Assembly (NCBI GenBank): GCA_041690355.1
Contig: JAWLHK010000002.1
Coordinates: forward strand, 283,082 to 347,081
Length of the DNA stretch: 64,000 nt
From: a bacterium
GTDB lineage: Bacteria > J088 > JAWLBW01
Reading direction: 5' to 3'
Part shown: positions 63,269 to 64,000 of the stretch, one piece after another
Numbering within the stretch: the first letter of the stretch is position 1
How the letters are laid out: every line of letters starts with the position of its first letter
Translations under genes and position numbers: made by a program
The notes under the pieces: generated by a model
The model's input: the letters and a program-made list of their open reading frames with translations, nothing else
What the model was told of the DNA's origin: nothing
The model's database searches: none

Positions 63269-64000
63269 GCGCGCGCAACTCCAGCATCGCCAGGCAGTTC
63301 ATCACCTTCATTTCGGTCGTCGTGGCCGTTCTGTCGGGCGTGCTCTCGATCGTCTTCTTCTTCAATTCCCGGACGCTGCTGAACGAAGAGCTCGATCGGC
63401 GCGGCCTGCTCATCACGCGGCAGCTCGGCTACGGGGCCGACGTCGCGATCATGAACAACTCGCTGATGTACCTCGACCAGAAAATCGACAATTTTCTCGG
63501 CGACAGCGACATCGCGTTCATCATCTATCGGAACAAGGAAGGGCTCGTCCTGCGCGACTGGTATCAGGAGCAGGACATGCGCGACGAGGTCAACAAGGAC
63601 CCGCAGGCCGACCGGTACCGATTTCGCGGCTACGAGATCCGCCACATCACGCGGCCGGTGACCTCGGTGACGACGACGCTCAGCGCCGATATCTTCGCCG
63701 TCTTCGGTGAAGAAGAAAGCGCCGGTGAGTCGGCCGCCACGTCGACGGTCGAGACGGTAGGCCTGGTCGAAGTCGGCATCAGCACGAAGAACATTCTCGA
63801 GCGCCTGCAGGACATCCTCTACAAGGCCATCGGCATCGCCGTGACGGGCGTGCTCATGGCCATTCTGCTCTCGTATTTCTACATTACCTACACGACGCGT
63901 CCCCTGAAGCGCATGGTGGGTGCGGCGCGCAGCGTGGCCGAGGGCAATCTGGCCGTTTCGATTGACGTCGACTCCACCGACGAGATCGGCGACCTGGCCC
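63265..64000 (+). CDS. methyl-accepting chemotaxis protein, 5' part (continues beyond window end)
   Basis: ATG at 63265 overlaps the cheW stop; TM1, about 170-aa sensor region, TM2, HAMP onset (RPLKRMVGAARSVAEGNLAVSIDVDSTDEIGDLA); absent from the ORF track because no stop is reached. Confidence 0.8.
   Translation, partial: MSARNSSIARQFITFISVVVAVLSGVLSIVFFFNSRTLLNEELDRRGLLITRQLGYGADVAIMNNSLMYLDQKIDNFLGDSDIAFIIYRNKEGLVLRDWYQEQDMRDEVNKDPQADRYRFRGYEIRHITRPVTSVTTTLSADIFAVFGEEESAGESAATSTVETVGLVEVGISTKNILERLQDILYKAIGIAVTGVLMAILLSYFYITYTTRPLKRMVGAARSVAEGNLAVSIDVDSTDEIGDLA

Overview
High-GC bacterial chromosomal segment, densely coding, with about 70 protein genes and one tRNA-Val(CAC); no rRNA, CRISPR array, transposase or integrase was seen. 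All calls are by eye from the translations and raw sequence; nothing was searched or computed. The first ~34 kb mixes housekeeping genes (ruvX, typA, grx/bolA, H+-PPase, coaBC, NfeD/stomatin, SpoIID-like, ABC exporter, rseP, tsaB) with accessory content: a VapBC-type toxin-antitoxin pair, a solo antitoxin-like gene, a GH92 glycosidase, and an ECF sigma/anti-sigma operon. The last ~30 kb is a core block (ruvCAB, two tandem Ser/Thr kinases, rimP-nusA-infB-rbfA-nrnA-truB-rpsO-pnp, M16 peptidase, dut) followed by a chemosensory cluster (DUF4388-REC-GAF regulator, CheY, CheA, ExeA-like ATPase, two CheW, partial MCP). The most unusual signal is non-coding: seven intergenic regions in the first 34 kb carry mosaic elements built from tandem heptanucleotide modules, and two of them share a long, near-identical stretch in opposite orientation. 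Second is an 80-bp direct repeat (4 mismatches) bracketing a ~4.6-kb ECF-sigma island, consistent with site-specific insertion. The taxon cannot be fixed from sequence alone.
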